Position numbers and translations under genes: made by a program
Origin: the human T2T-CHM13v2.0 reference genome, Homo sapiens
Length of the DNA: 64,000 nucleotides
Direction: 5' to 3' (one strand)
Assembly (NCBI RefSeq): GCF_009914755.1
Contig: NC_060925.1
The notes under the pieces: model-generated
What the model saw: the letters and a program-made list of their open reading frames with translations, nothing else
The model's database searches: none
What the model was told of the DNA's origin: nothing
In this document: positions 1-13,344 of the stretch, one piece after another
Numbering within the stretch: position 1 is the stretch's first letter
Layout of the letters: each line of letters opens with the position of its first letter

Positions 1-430
1 CTAAGTGAAATAAACAGGCACCGAAATGCCAATATCATATGAGCTCACTTATATGTGGAACCCAAGAAAGTTGAACTCAGACATACAGAGTACAATGGTG
101 GTTACAGAGGCTGGGGACGAGGGGGGTGGATGAGAAAGGGGTGAGGTTGTTCAAAGGGTACAACATTTTAGTTAGACAGGAGGAATGTGTTTTAGAGATC
201 TGTTGCACAGCATGTTACTATAGTTAATAATAGCAGATTGCGTATTTCAAAATTGCGAAAACAGTAGATTTTAAATGTTCTCACCACAAATAGGTATATG
301 AGGTGATGGATATGTTAATTAGCTTGATTTTATCATGTAAAATCTACAATTTAAATATATATGAAAACATCACATTAAACCCCATAAATATATACAATTA
401 TTATGTCAATTAAAATGAATTAAAATAATA
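1..430 (+). mobile_element. L1MA-type LINE-1 3' end (truncated by the window start)
   Basis: L1 3'UTR hallmarks: CTAAGTGAAATAA, CTCACTTATATGTGG, ATGGTGGTTAC, AAAGGGTACAACATTTTAGTTAGACAGGAGGAAT, A-rich end. Confidence 0.85.
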
Positions 431-789
431 GAAAACCCCCAAAAAAGCATGTTATCCATTAAAACACGAAAAACCAAGAGCCGTCAATAACTGCATGTTT
501 CTAGTGAGACTACAGCAATTTCTCTGTGCACTTGCCAGAGGCTTCTCTGACATGTGGTCACCCTGGAGCCCATGCAACACCCTCTTATTGCCACAGACTT
601 CTGTGCTCACTGCATGGCCAATATGTGTAGACTAACTTCTGACAGTTTTATATTCTCTTTTAAAATTTTCCACATTTGCTCTTGATCTCATTCTTTCTTT
701 TTTCTGTGCTATAAATTTCTCCAGCTCTACTAGATCATCCCACCAGTGTAAAAACATGCAATAGAATGTCACATATAAGAACAAAACAC

Positions 790-1490
790 AAGAATCCTTG
801 CTACCTCATACGCCTCTTTATCCTCGGTCCCATTTCTCTGCTCTCCTGTATAGCAAAACTTCTCAGAAAAGTGGCGAATGTTGTCCCCACTTTCTCATCT
901 CCTGCCCCTCCTAACCACTCTAACAGGTGGTCTGCTCACAAAAACTGCTCTTGTTCAGGTCATTAGTGATGCCCACATTCCTGAGTCCCATGGTTCTTTC
1001 TCTGTCTTTATTTGATTTGACTTCTCAGAGTACTTAGACTCTCATTCTTGAAGCATTTGCTTCTCTGGCTTTTGTGGTAGCATGCTGTTCTAGTTTTCCT
1101 ATTTCACTGGCTGTCCCATTCCAGTCTCTGTTGCTGGTTCTTGCTCCTCTGCTATACCCCTGATGTAGGTGTGCCCCAGGGCTGGCTTCTGGGCCCTCTT
1201 CTCTTCTCTGTCTATGCTCACTCCCAGGATCTCACCCATTTTTGTAGGTTTACATAAATCCACATGTAAATGACTCCCACATTTATAGATTCAGCCTTCA
1301 TCTCTCCTCTGAGCTCCTGAGGCTGAAATCCAGCTGTTCCCTTGACATCTTAACTCAGGTGTCTAATGAGAGTCTTCAACTGAACAGGTCCAAGGAACTT
1401 TTGACTTATGCCATCCTCCAGTCTATTCCTCCTCATGTCTTCCTTTCCCCACAAATGACACTACCATCTATGGTGTGGCTCCAATTCCAG
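790..1490 (+). mobile_element. LINE-2 ORF2/RT fossil
   Basis: The ORF track gives PISLLSCIAKLLRKV (compare RT motif RPISLL..AKLLE), followed by L2-like AAACTGCTCTT..AGGTCA..TGACTTCTCAG and GTGCCCCAGGGCT. Confidence 0.75.
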
Positions 1491-2039
1491 ATTATACTAA
1501 ACAGTTAAGGGAGGTGTGTGGTGAGAATGGTGGCCATACTCCCTTGGGGTGCTGTCACCAGGACCAGTCTTGAGCCCAGTTCAGCCCTCCTTGTTTAGTA
1601 GCATATGTCTCAGAACATGATATGCACGGCCACTTCCACCCACTGCTTTCACTTCCGGCCCCTTTTCTTAGGAGTTTTGGTCTCATAATGGCTCTAGAAG
1701 CAGAGGAACTGAAGGCTAGAGTGGGCAAAAGTATTCTCTCTACTTCCAAAATTATATTCATGCAAGAGAAGTTGACTTCCTGGTTTTCTGGGTAGTACAA
1801 TCCCTAGGTCCATATGATGTGGAGCTGGAATTGTGGATGGGGAATGGTGCATTTATGGAAATTCTTTCAGGGCAGTAGGTTTGTTCCAATTCCATTCTCA
1901 TTTTTAAAAATACCATTTGCTTTTGCCTTTTTATTTTTTTAAATCATCAGGTGGGGAGTGGGAAAGTCTAAATCAAAGACTGTCATTCAGATGGTATTTT
2001 AGGCTAGAAATCCCCAATATAGAAATACAAATATAAACA

Positions 2040-2500
2040 ATTAGGAGAAATTTATTTATACCCATGAGAATGGCAAAATTCAGAAAGGTGGATCATACCA
2101 CTCTTGTCACTGATGAGGGAGATGGAAATTTGCACGCGTACACTGGTGGGAGCATAACTGGTACGCTTATTTTGGAAGAATCTAGTGAAGTGAAATGTGT
2201 GCCTGACCTATAATCCAGCAATCCCACTCTTGGGTATATATGTCCTAGATAAATTCTGAAAAGATGTGTACAAAGATTTCATTGTAGTATTTTACTTGTG
2301 ATAGCAGGGACTTAGAGGCAACCTAGGTACCCATTCCAAGGGAATAGATAAAGTGTGGTGGAGCATCTATGGGAGGGATATGCAGTGGAGAAGCGACAGC
2401 CTAAACACATATAGCAGCATGGTTAGATTTTCACAACAGTGTTGAGTAAAAAACAATAGGAACTGGATGAGATTTATAACATATTATGACTTATATGTTA
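2040..2500 (+). mobile_element. Old L1 (L1ME/MC-like) fragment
   Basis: CTGGTGGGAGCATAACTGGTAC, CCAGCAATCCCACTCTTGGGTATATA and GAATAGATAAA..TGTGGT are L1 ORF2-end/3'UTR motifs. Confidence 0.7.
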
Positions 2501-4094
2501 AGTTAAAAACATACCTACCAAACTTTTCCTATTTGATTTGGATATTTGAATATTTAAGTTTGTATGTTAAATATGTCAGAGATGGTACCCATGCTAGGCA
2601 GGGGGTTGAAGGGGGAAAAAGCCCTGTAGCATCTGGAGTCAATTCAGACATAGAGAATAATAATATGTCTAAAATTAAAGACAGAGATTTCAAATTTGAG
2701 ATATTTTCCCTGTAAATTTTAGAAGGTTAGAGTTTCCCAAATTTAGATTTTTTTTTTTTTTTAAAGAACTGCCTTTAAACCAAGTTTCATGCCCTGCTTG
2801 AGTAGGCCATGACTTTGTCTATGGCAGTTAGAGCTAGACTCTACCTTTTTTCTGCTCCCAAATTGCTCCGAGTTGCTTGTGGTGTGAAACCGGTATACAC
2901 AATCAGTTGCCTTACTTTCTAGAGGATGAACCCCTTAAGGACAGGGCTGCAACTCAGTCATCCTGGTGTCCCCATCACCCAGCACAGTGACCAGCAGTGA
3001 TCTGTACTTATTTGTCACCTTTAATTGCATCACGGTGTTTGTAGTCTTTTTGGTGTATGTGCGTGCCCTGGCAAGAGGCTCATCTAAGGCATTTCCCCAC
3101 AAAAGGGCAAGCCTCTCCCACAGATACAGTATAATACTAACTTCCAAGAACATAACATGTCATATGGTCACAGGTATAAAAACATAAAATGGATTTTCCC
3201 GAGTGATGGCCAAATTTATCCCCACAGGGAGGCAGCATCTTTTCTACTTAAGAAGTACCTTTCGGAAGTGCTTTTCAAGTTAATCCAATCGCAAAAACAT
3301 TGAATCCTACTAAGTGCCAGGGGACAGAAGTCTAGGGGGCATTTCCACCAAGATGGCCAGAAGGCTCTAGATCAAGTGGTAAACAGAGCGTGGTATGTGG
3401 AGTACAATCCTTTCGGCAATAATAGTCATAATAGGAAATAATAAAGACCTACATTTATAGAATGCTTTAGACCTTTCAAAAGTACTTTCGTGTCAATTAT
3501 CTCAGTATGGTTTGGTGACCAAATCTCAGGCAGCACCTGTGATCAGGTAGATGTTTTCTTTGGAAAATGATCTCCAGCATTGGGCTACATATTTTTTAGG
3601 TTGCATGAGTGTGCGGGGGAAAGAGGCAATTGTCGTATGCTTCCATAGAAGGAGATGAAGGAGCGAAGAATGGAAACTTTCCCATCCCTGGGAGTAAAAC
3701 CTTACATCAGTGATACCCAATCCTGCTTATTGATGCCCCAGGGGTGTCTTGAAATTCTTCAAAGGAAATTAATTGTAATTCACTTCAATTTTTAAAATCC
3801 ACAGATATGCTGCATAGCACAATGCTTCTGGGCAGGGTGGCCCAGGGGAGGTGGACTGAAAGTTGTGTGTGTCAAAGAAGCTGTCAATCCACCAAAGAAC
3901 AATAGCAAGCTGAAACTCCCCCAAATTTGGGGGAGTGATTGGTCTGTGTTTGAACCTGCAGGGTAGGCAGAGGCAGAAAGGGTTGATGTTGATTACTGAA
4001 AAAGTTGAAATAGCTTTGTGGGTGACCAGAATGACATCATGCTCTCAACAGAGGATGCCCTGCCTGGGGCCACTGCTATTAAGATGCCCAGCTT

Positions 4095-4481
<387 letters not shown>

Positions 4482-4575
4482 CTAGGGGCTATGTCAAATC
4501 TGTGTTCCACAGTGGATGGCAAGGCTTCATTTTATCCTTATCATCTTTAATCGGCTAAGTTAACAATTCATTGCT

Positions 4576-4866
4576 CTTTTTTGAGACAAAGTCCCACTCT
4601 GTCACCCAGGCTGGAGTGCAGTGGCGCAATCTCGGCTCACTGCAACCTCCAGTTCCCGGGTTCAAGCAATTCTTCTGCCTCAGCAGAAGTCCAGAGTACC
4701 TGGGACTACAAGCGCCTGCCACCACACCCAGCTAATTTTTGTATTGTTAGTAGAGACGGGGTTTCCCCATGTTGGTCAGGATGGTCTTGATTTCCTGACC
4801 TCATGATCTGCCTCCCTCAGCCTCCCAAAGTGCTGGGATTACAGGCGTGAGCCACCGCACCTGGCC
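4576..4866 (-). mobile_element. AluS-type SINE (Sc/Sg-like)
   Basis: Reverse-complement full Alu with TSD CAATTCA(T/C)TGCT at 4564-4575 and 4867-4878. Confidence 0.95.
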
Positions 4867-5565
4867 CAATTCACTGCTTTTAACATTTGTTGATGCCAAG
4901 AAAGTGCTACTGGAAGGCTGCTATAGGTTTAAGAACACAATGATTGGTCATTCTTTTTCTTTCCTACCCAGATTGGAAATTCCAAGTTTGCTCTGTCATC
5001 ACATCTGGTTAATGCAGACACTCGAATCACTGTGTGTTCTAGTACTCAGAACTTAAAAGTCATCATATCGGATATGGGAGACTCACTGACAACTGGGCCT
5101 CAAAGGAATTTATCAAGCGCCGCCTCTGCTTTTCTCTTCCTGCTTTGCTGGGTTTGCATGGGAGCTGGGATTTGCGGGCAGCTGTAAGTGTGTTTGGGCT
5201 GGAGGCAAACTCTTGTGTCTTTTTAGCCTGATTCTACATAGCATAGTAGGAAAGGGGCCAGAGAAAGTGGCTGGCAGTAAGAAAGCCTCTGTTTTGAGAA
5301 TGTGAAGCAGCCTGGGAGAGAGTGAGGGAAGAAAGGAGGGGAGCCGAGAGTTAGAAAAGCCTTAATTCATTTCATCTGACAGCTCAGAGCCAGAAGTTGC
5401 CAGGTCTACTCATTTGCAGGTTGTGTTGTCAACACAATCACAGTATTTTATAGCCCACACGGACCTTGGACTCTGGCATGCCATGTAATAGGCTGCAAAA
5501 AGTAGCAGCTCTGCTTCCCATCTCACTTGGGGCATGGGGAGAGGAGGATTGGGTTTAGGGAGGAA

Positions 5566-5911
5566 GGGTACAGGTGTGAAGGGCACAGGTATGAGGTGCA
5601 TAGGTATGAGAGACTCAAGTGTGGGGGGCACAGGTATGGGGGCATAAGTATGAGGGACACAGGTGTGAAGGGCACAGGTATGAGGGACACAGGTATGAGG
5701 GTCAGGGCATGAGGGAGACAGGTGTGAGGGGCCAGGTGTGATGGGCACAGGTATGAGGGACAGGTGTGAGGGACACAGGTGTGAAGGGCACAGGTGTAAG
5801 GGGCACAGGTGTGGGGGAACATGTGTGAAGGGTACAGGTATAAGGGGCACAGGTATGAAGGGAATGGATGTGGGGGACACAGGTGTGAAGGGCACAGATG
5901 TGAAGGACACA
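5566..5911 (+). repeat. Degenerate ~15-bp minisatellite, consensus GGGCACAGGTRTGAR
   Basis: About 23 visible tandem units of 14-16 nt. The periodicity shows up as periodic ORFs (VPFTP, GHRCE, LCPSH) on both strands. Confidence 0.93.
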
Positions 5912-6459
5912 GAGCTTCATCTTTGCTCCTCATTTTGTTCTTGCGCCTTCTCTTTCCAGCTGTTACAAAGTGCCTTCCAGTGGGCCACCTCCCCACTTCC
6001 TCTGTTGGGGGCAGGCCAGCACAGCCTATTGCCCAGATGGCAGGGTCTCAAAACAGCCTCCCAGTGACCTGGTTCTATAATATCCTAGAAGGAGTTGGAG
6101 GACATGACCATGTCCTGGTTCTTTGTGTTCAGATAAACTCAAAGGCCCTCAATTTCAAGCCCTTCCACATCCTGTCTCTTTCTTCCTTCCATTCCCCAGA
6201 AGACAGTGATTGGTGGGTCAATGGGCTCCATAGGTGATGTTCCACCCCATGGGAGAGAAAGGATCTTAGTGCAGCTGTGCCCACTGTCCCATACGTGGGC
6301 TGCTCCCTCTGCAGGAAGTCTATCTCTGCAGACCAGCCTTGCTGTCAGGAGCGCCCTGGTCACCCGGCCTCTCTGGCTTATTGTGCAGGAGGGGCAGAAT
6401 TCTAAACCAAGGAGAAGAAAAGCCCAAATGGAGATAAGCTGGCCCAGTGCAGAGGGGCA

Positions 6460-6650
6460 GCATAACTTAGTAGGAAGCACTAGGCTAGAGTTTGAGTCCT
6501 GGCTCTGGCTTTGCAAAGTGTGTAAGTTTACACACACCACTTTACTTTTTTATACTCAATTTCTTTCTCTGCAAACTATGGGAAAAAATCTCCACTTTCT
6601 CTACTTTACAGAACTAATATAAAAATGTGTGAAAGCACTATGCAGAATAT
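6460..6650 (+). mobile_element. MIR SINE fragment
   Basis: GTTTGAGTCCTGGCTCTG..CTCAATTTCTTTCTCTGCAAA..ATGTGTGAAAGCACT. Confidence 0.55.
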
Positions 6651-7059
6651 GAAATACCAGATGAAAGTAAGGTGGTGGACAGAACTGTACAGCCTCAGGC
6701 TTCTCAACCAAAGATCCAGGTCCATTCTGCTGTCTGCCTCCAGTAGATGTTTGACACGAACTCCATAGTCTCAATTTCAACCTCATACTTCATGGTTTCT
6801 TTGTCTCTTCCCTGGGTTTTCCCCATGGCGATAAGAGATCAGAAAATGTGCTCTCTCTTTGTGTCTGAGATGTTGGAGATGACTAAGAAAATATCTTAAA
6901 TGTATTTTGAGGCCTGGTATTCTAAAACAAAGCCTGCTGCTGAGGAAAACTACAAAGGGTGGTACAGATTTAAAAGGAGGCAGATAGCCTGCTGCAGGCA
7001 GGACCACAGTCTTATCACCTCACTACACAGCTATAAAGACACACAGGTTCTGAGGTGGC

Positions 7060-7210
7060 ATGTCCTGCAGCAACTGTGTAAGGCAGGGCTTCTTATCCCT
7101 GTTTTACAGATAAGGTAATACTGAGGCTTTGTGAGCAGACAGAGGTCTCTCCAATGGTGAGGCCAGGATTTGATCCCAGGTCCGTCAAACTCCAGGATCC
7201 ATTCTCTTCC
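7060..7210 (-). mobile_element. MIR SINE fragment
   Basis: ATCCCTGTTTTACAGATAAGG..ACTGAGGC..GCCAGGATTTGATCCCAGG is the reverse MIR core. Confidence 0.65.
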
Positions 7211-10200
7211 CCCTGCAGCACAATAAATTTGATTATGCATAGAATGTATATGTGACAGCTCTCATCCTGTATCTGCCTCACAGCAGGACTTAGTGCTTTG
7301 ATGAATCCTCAAAATAATTTAGTTTCATAGTACACTGATGGGAAATGGAGCTTTTACTGAAGATTTTCTGGGGCCAGATCAAGAAGACATTTTGCATTAA
7401 ACATCATCTAAACAAACTTCCTTTAATTCCTTGAATTCATTCTTAACATCTCTGTTCTTCCTAATGCTTGTTTCTCAGCTCTACTTCCAGGATTGGTTCA
7501 TCTATTTTTTCTCACTCTTTTGCTTTGATCCCTTGGTATCTCCTCCATTGTTCCAAGTAATTCATTTCCCTCCCGCAGCATAGGCAGGGTGGCCGAGAAA
7601 AAGCCCTGCAGTTAGTTGAGCTGCCTTCCTTTGATAGCAATCCAGTGAGCATCTGGGTTATTCTGGCATGTCCCCAGGTGGGGCTGACCAAAGCATTCAC
7701 TCAACAGAGTAGGTGTCCTCCAAGGCTAAGGTGGACTGTGCTATTAAAAAAAAAAAAAGATTTTTCTTTATATTGTGTGATGTGGGAGAGATGGAGAAGG
7801 AGAGGTAAAAGAGAGGGTGTAAGGTACTGGAACTGCTATGGGGGGAAAGGGAGGAGGGAATTGACAGGGGACATTAAAATTTGAATTACAGGACTTGGTG
7901 ATTATCTGGAGAAGTAGAGAAAGGAAAGAGAAGGGAGGACTCCCAGGTACTTGACTACAGCAGCAGGGTAGAGTAAGATGGAGAATTCTGGAAGAAAAAT
8001 GGATTTGAGATGGGTGAGAAGAAGAATAGTTTGGGGAAGATAATTTAGTTTCTGAATGTAGGGCTTCCTTGCTATCTACTTGGGACCCTGCCCCTCCTGT
8101 CTGACCCCAGCAGATGCACTTTTTGCTTTAGTTTTAGGTCATCTGCTGATTCATCTGCTGATTCAGGCCAGCACCAGCTGGGGAGATGGGAGCAGCCAGC
8201 AAGCTCAGGAGCTCAGAATGTGATTCCCCAGCTCACCGCCATGATGAGTGCTCCGTAGACAACTTACTCTGCTTGGAGTCCCCTGGGGTTGCTCCCACCT
8301 CTGGGGTCTCCTCTTCCATTTTTCCCAGCTGTGGTTCCTCTGTCTTCTCTCTCTGTAAATTTTTTGACTTCTGATCTTTCAGAAATTTCTCACATCTCTG
8401 GCTCACTGATGGCATTCATGTTTTCCAGTACTAGTTTTAGATATGTTCCTAAACAAAACACAACAAAATGGAGGAAAAGAAAGAGAGATACGTACTGAGC
8501 CTACTTTCTTGATCAACACTTCTATACTTATTTGTTTTCATGTCTCATTCCCCTTCATGACTTTGAATTTCTTAAGGGCAGGAATCCCTTTCTTTCTGAG
8601 CACTAACCAATTCTCCTTTTCCATGCACTAGGGAACTTAGTATTTAGGAAATTCTGTGGCTACTTCTTTTGTAATTGAAAACAAAGATTAAAATACAATA
8701 CATAATCTTCCAATTCAAGATTTGTTTTTTCATATATTTCCAAGTCAACACTATTCCTGAGTGCCTCTTCTGTGTTTAGCATGAATTTAAGCAAATATGT
8801 GGAAAAGTGGAAAACATGAACACACCAGATGACCCTGCTATTCCCCATGCTTCTGGGTTTCAGGGCTGGAGAGGATGAAGGATAGGAAGTGAGGATGAAG
8901 GATGGAAGTGATTCTCTGGCCTAGAGGAAGTGCCTTGTGTAGCTGGCTCATTGGTAGGTGAGCTTCTGTCAGTCCTCCCCAACTTCATGTCTTTGCTGCA
9001 TACTTGTCCTGTAATTGGTATTACACCAGGAGTATGAGGTACAACAGGTGATGTAGCACACAAGGGCCTTGCCCTCAATGAACTGGGTGGATCAGCCTGA
9101 CACAGAGGCAGCAGTTGGGGAGCATTCTAAGTTAAGAGTTAAAAATTGTAGCTCTTGACAGATCTGGTCTCAAGCTCACCTGACTTGCTAAATTAGTGAT
9201 TCATGCAGTAAGATCATTCAGATTCCAAAAAGGGAGGCATCAGTATGGGGAGAGCATCTTTTCACCTTTGCACATGGCTCCAGAATTTCCACTGGTTCAA
9301 AAGAATCCCCAGCAACCCCAGTCTCAGGAGATAATTGCTCTTAACAGCGCACCACACTGGGCACCCCAGCACTTATGGACAGCAGAGGAATGTAAGGGTG
9401 AATGCATGTTTTTTTTTCTGCAAATGACTGTCACTCATTCATCTTGGAGCCCACCTGACAACTTGCTTTCCAGGTAAAATAGCATCATTTTTCTAGGCTG
9501 GCTTCTTCTATGCTCACTAGCAGGGCTGACCTCAGATGTCTGGGGCAGTCTTAGGTACCTTACCAGACTGTGGTGTTCTTTGGGGGGACTTCCAGGACTG
9601 GGAGAGGATGTGGCAGGGGCCATTGTTCTGGAGTCTCCCAATATCTGTGAGGTCATCACAGGGGTGCCATCCTGCCCTTGCAGCACAGCTTAGATTTTGC
9701 CTTGGTCTGTAATAAAGGATGAAGTGAATCTCTGCCAAAGGTCCCAGGCTTGCTTGGTGCCAAGGGTTTCATTCTGAGCACGTCAGCATACAGTCGGCCT
9801 AATGGATAAAGCTATTATAGATTATCTAATTAATACAGCAGACTGCTGTTTCATTACAGGGGCTATGGACTCTGTCAGTGCACAATGCGTAGAGGTACTG
9901 CCATCAGTTTCTTGTTCCTGGTGTTGGGGTGGCTAATGTACTATATGAAGATTCAGAGGCATTTAAAAAGATGATCAAGTGCCATGCTGAATTCATGTTT
10001 ACAGCTTCTTGGCTTGGGCTCTTGAAATCTAGAAGTCTTTGGGACTGAAAGCGAAGAATTTGTCTTGGTTCAAATGCTGTCTGCTCAATCCCATTATTGC
10101 CTTCCAGCACGTGCCCTTGGACACTCTCGTATCTTGTTGTCTGGTTGTAGAGCAGATTTTCACATGCTGGGAGACATCATGAAATGTGCCATTTGTTTCA

Positions 10201-10661
10201 CTGAGAAAGCTCTTCTGGTGGCTGGTGGGGCTGTGGCACCTACTAGATCACTGTGTTATTTCCAGATCCTGTGTTTGGTGTAAATGGTACCTGGTTTGTT
10301 TCCTATCTTTAAATTACAGTATTCTTAGGAGTGCTGTTCTTTTGAACTGCACCTGTTGGACTCTTCTTAATTCCCGAAGAATCTGGGCCATTGTTTTTTA
10401 AGCTTGTAATATTATCCTTCACTGTAGGGTGATTTGGTAAGGTTGCACTTCCAAGGTTCTTACATTCTTCCCAAATGTACCTCATTGCACAAGCTGCTAC
10501 CAGGAGAAAAGGGTGCCTGGATTAGTCTCAGGGTTCAAATATCCAGAATATCAAGGTTTCTCTTAGGAATAGTTAACTGAGTAAAAGAAAACCTGCTTGT
10601 TATTCTATTTTGGGATTTTCCCCCCCTATAAAAATAGAACTGTATTTAAAAGTTAAATCTA

Positions 10662-10966
10662 GACTGGGCATGGTGGCTCATGCCTTCATTCCCAGAGCTT
10701 TGGGAGGCCAAGGTGGGAGGATCATTTGAAGCTAGGAATTTGAGACCAGCTGGGCAACATAGCAAGACCTCATCTCTAAAAAAAAAAAAGAAAAAAAAAA
10801 TTAGCCAGGCATGGTGGTGTGCCTGTAGTCCCAGTTATCCAGGAGCCTGAGGTGGGAGGATGGCTTGAGCCCAGGAGTTCAAGGCTGCAGTGAGATATGA
10901 TTGCACCTCTGTACTCCAACTTGGGCAACAGAGTGAGACCATCTCTTAAAAAGAAAAAAAAAAAAA
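10662..10966 (+). mobile_element. AluJ SINE
   Basis: Full dimer with TSD AGTTAAATCTA at 10651-10661 and 10969-10979. Confidence 0.95.
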
Positions 10967-10995
10967 GCAGTTAAATCTACGTATAGATAGTAAAG

Positions 10996-11588
10996 TGTTT
11001 TAGTTTTTCTGTTACTGCCTTTACAAATGACCACAAATTTAGTAGTTTAAAAAAACTCCAAATTTATTATCTTACAATTCTGTAAAGCAGAGACCTGGTA
11101 TGGGCCTCCCCAGGCTAAAATTAAGGTGTGGGCAGACTGTGTTCCTTTCTGGAGGCTCTCAGGGAGAACGTATTTCCTGCTCCTTCTGGCTGTTGGCAGA
11201 AGTCAAGTCTTGTGGCTGTAGGGTCGCAGTTTCCTTCCCTTGCTGGCTGTAACCTAAGGGCTCTTTCATGCTTCTGGAAGCTGCTGCATTCCTTGGCTTG
11301 TGGCCTCTTCTCTCCATCTTCAAAGCCAGTAATAGCGGGTGGGGTCTTTCTCATGCTCTGTCTTTTGAACTCACTCTTTTCTCTTCATCTCTGCTTTTAA
11401 GAGCTGGTGTGATTAGATAAGAGATTATGTAATTAGTCAGACCATGATAATCCATGATAAATCTCTTCATTTTAAGGTCAGCTGATTAGCGACCTCAATG
11501 CCATCTGCAGTCTTAGTTCCCGTAATTTACAGGTTCTGGGGATTATGATGTAGACATCTTTGAGGGGGACATTATTCTGTGTACCACA
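10996..11588 (-). mobile_element. MaLR solo LTR (MLT1D/E-like)
   Basis: TG..TTAGTTT start, AAATTTATTATCTTACAATTCTG, GCATTCCTTGGCTTGTGGCC..CCATCTTCAAAGCCAG, ..ACCACA end. Confidence 0.85.
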
Positions 11589-11659
11589 TATGATTTCTTC
11601 ATTAAACACAATACATGTAATTTAAATTCTAGAGGTTACAATGGGGAGGAGGTAAATTA

Positions 11660-11900
11660 GCTTTTTTTGAGCACCTACTGTATGCCAAACCTCATGCTAG
11701 ATCTGCACATGCATCCCCTCATTCTAACATCTCAACAACCAGATGAGATAGATACTATCCTTGTTTGATGATGAGTTAACTGAGGTTTAGAGAAATTAAC
11801 TAACTTTCCTGAAGTCCAAAAGCTAGTAAACGTAGGAGTCAGGACTCAAGCTCAGGTGGCTAAGATTCCAAATCTGAATGTTTCTCTTTCCACCACATCA
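11660..11900 (-). mobile_element. MIR SINE
   Basis: TTGAGCACCTACTGTATGCCA..AACTGAGGTTTAGAGA..AGCTAGTAA..GGACTCAAGCTCAGG. Confidence 0.75.
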
Positions 11901-13344
11901 TATTTTTTCTCCTGGGATCTCAACTAAAAGCCTCAGAAGTAATCACTTATTTAAATGTATGTGTTTCCTCCAGGTTCGTTATAGTCTGTTTGAAGTCTGA
12001 GTTTGACGTAGATAGATTACTCATTTCCCCTACTCCAGCCTCTGATAAGCAGCAGACCAATTGTATATTACCACAACCTGGGAAAAGAGAGATAACTGAT
12101 AAAGTGAAGAGACTTTGTCTCAAGGCCTTTGGTGGGGCTGAGCTCTAAGTCAACTAAGTGGCTTAAAGTGGAACCAGGCATCTTATCCCTGCAGGGCCTC
12201 CCCTGGGTGTGACAGGTGGAGGGCATACCAGTCGGAAAGCTGGTCCAAGCCTCCTCTGTCCTGCTCATCTCAGCTGCCTGGGACTCTGCAGAGAGGCTGC
12301 CTGGGACTCTGCAGAGAGGCTGCCTTTGGTCAATTCAAGCTGCCCCAGCCAGCACGGTTGACTGGCACAGAACGGCCTGGAGTGGCTGTGCCAACTCAGT
12401 CATAATGGGAGGAGCTGTGCAGAGAAAGACCTTCCAGGAATTGAGGGTGCAAGGAGATAGGATGGGGCAGATATGAGCGGCAAGTTTGGTGGGGCCATTG
12501 GCAGGGCCACATCTGGAGGCCTCCCATTCTGTGAAACACCCCAGCAGTGTGTTAATTGATTTATTTTGAGTGCAGTTTGTTTGGATGTGGGTAGACTATT
12601 GATGCTGTGGCACTTTGGAAGCTCACGTTTCCAAGCCAGAGATACTTCATTTGTGTCTGAATGAGAAAAATCTCAAGATACATGCCGTTCCATCCCTGAG
12701 ATGCCTGCCACAGTACCAACTCATGGAGGCTGCAGTTACTTCAGTCTCATATACACATATATGTGTGCTCACATACACACTTTTAAATAATGTGATCGGC
12801 TTATGTCCTGCTTCAGTATTCTTGCTCTTTTCTTCCAATTTGGGTACTGCTCTGACAGGCTGGCAGCACACCACAATTCTGTCTTTGCACATTGATTGAC
12901 CTGACTCTGACATATCAGGATTGCAAATTACTAACTTGCTTTTAGGCCCTGGCTCCTGAGGAATTTATAATGTCTATTGGGATCTCTTCTCCCCCTTAGC
13001 TTCTGCATTGAGAGTCAGAAGTGTGCATGAAGTGGTGTTGGCTTCTTTCTGTTTGTATCCAGGAGGGTGGGAGGCCCCAGGAGAGCAGACATCTGGGGCT
13101 TCTTTCTGTTGCACTGCCAATGCCTATCCACAGATGACCTTATGTGAAGGTGCTAGGCTGTGAATTCCTTTGTTTTATTTCAGGAAACATTGATTAAACA
13201 TCTATTTTGGATATTCAAAGACAAAAAATGACCAACTTATTTCTCAATTAAAATGGCAAATGCAATATAGTGTTATCATTGCTATGGGGAGTGGTTGGGA
13301 AATATAAGGTATTATAGGGGCACAGGGGCACATAGGAGGGTGCC

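Noticed and set aside
766-966. Reverse-transcriptase-like motifs (PISLL..AKLL here; LDHSAAFDT at 39310-39573)
   Set aside because: Short, frameshifted remnants of extinct LINE-2 copies, not a functional RT.
5410-6237. Several 100-166 aa periodic ORFs (VPFTP, LCPSH, GHRCE) resembling keratin-associated or metal-binding proteins, and a superficial CRISPR-like periodicity
   Set aside because: All are translations of one 15-bp minisatellite, with no unique spacers, no cas genes and a mammalian context.
9364-9385. RE1-like CAGCACTTATGGACAGC
   Set aside because: The 3-nt spacer and a left-half mismatch fit neither canonical nor typical long-spacer REST sites.
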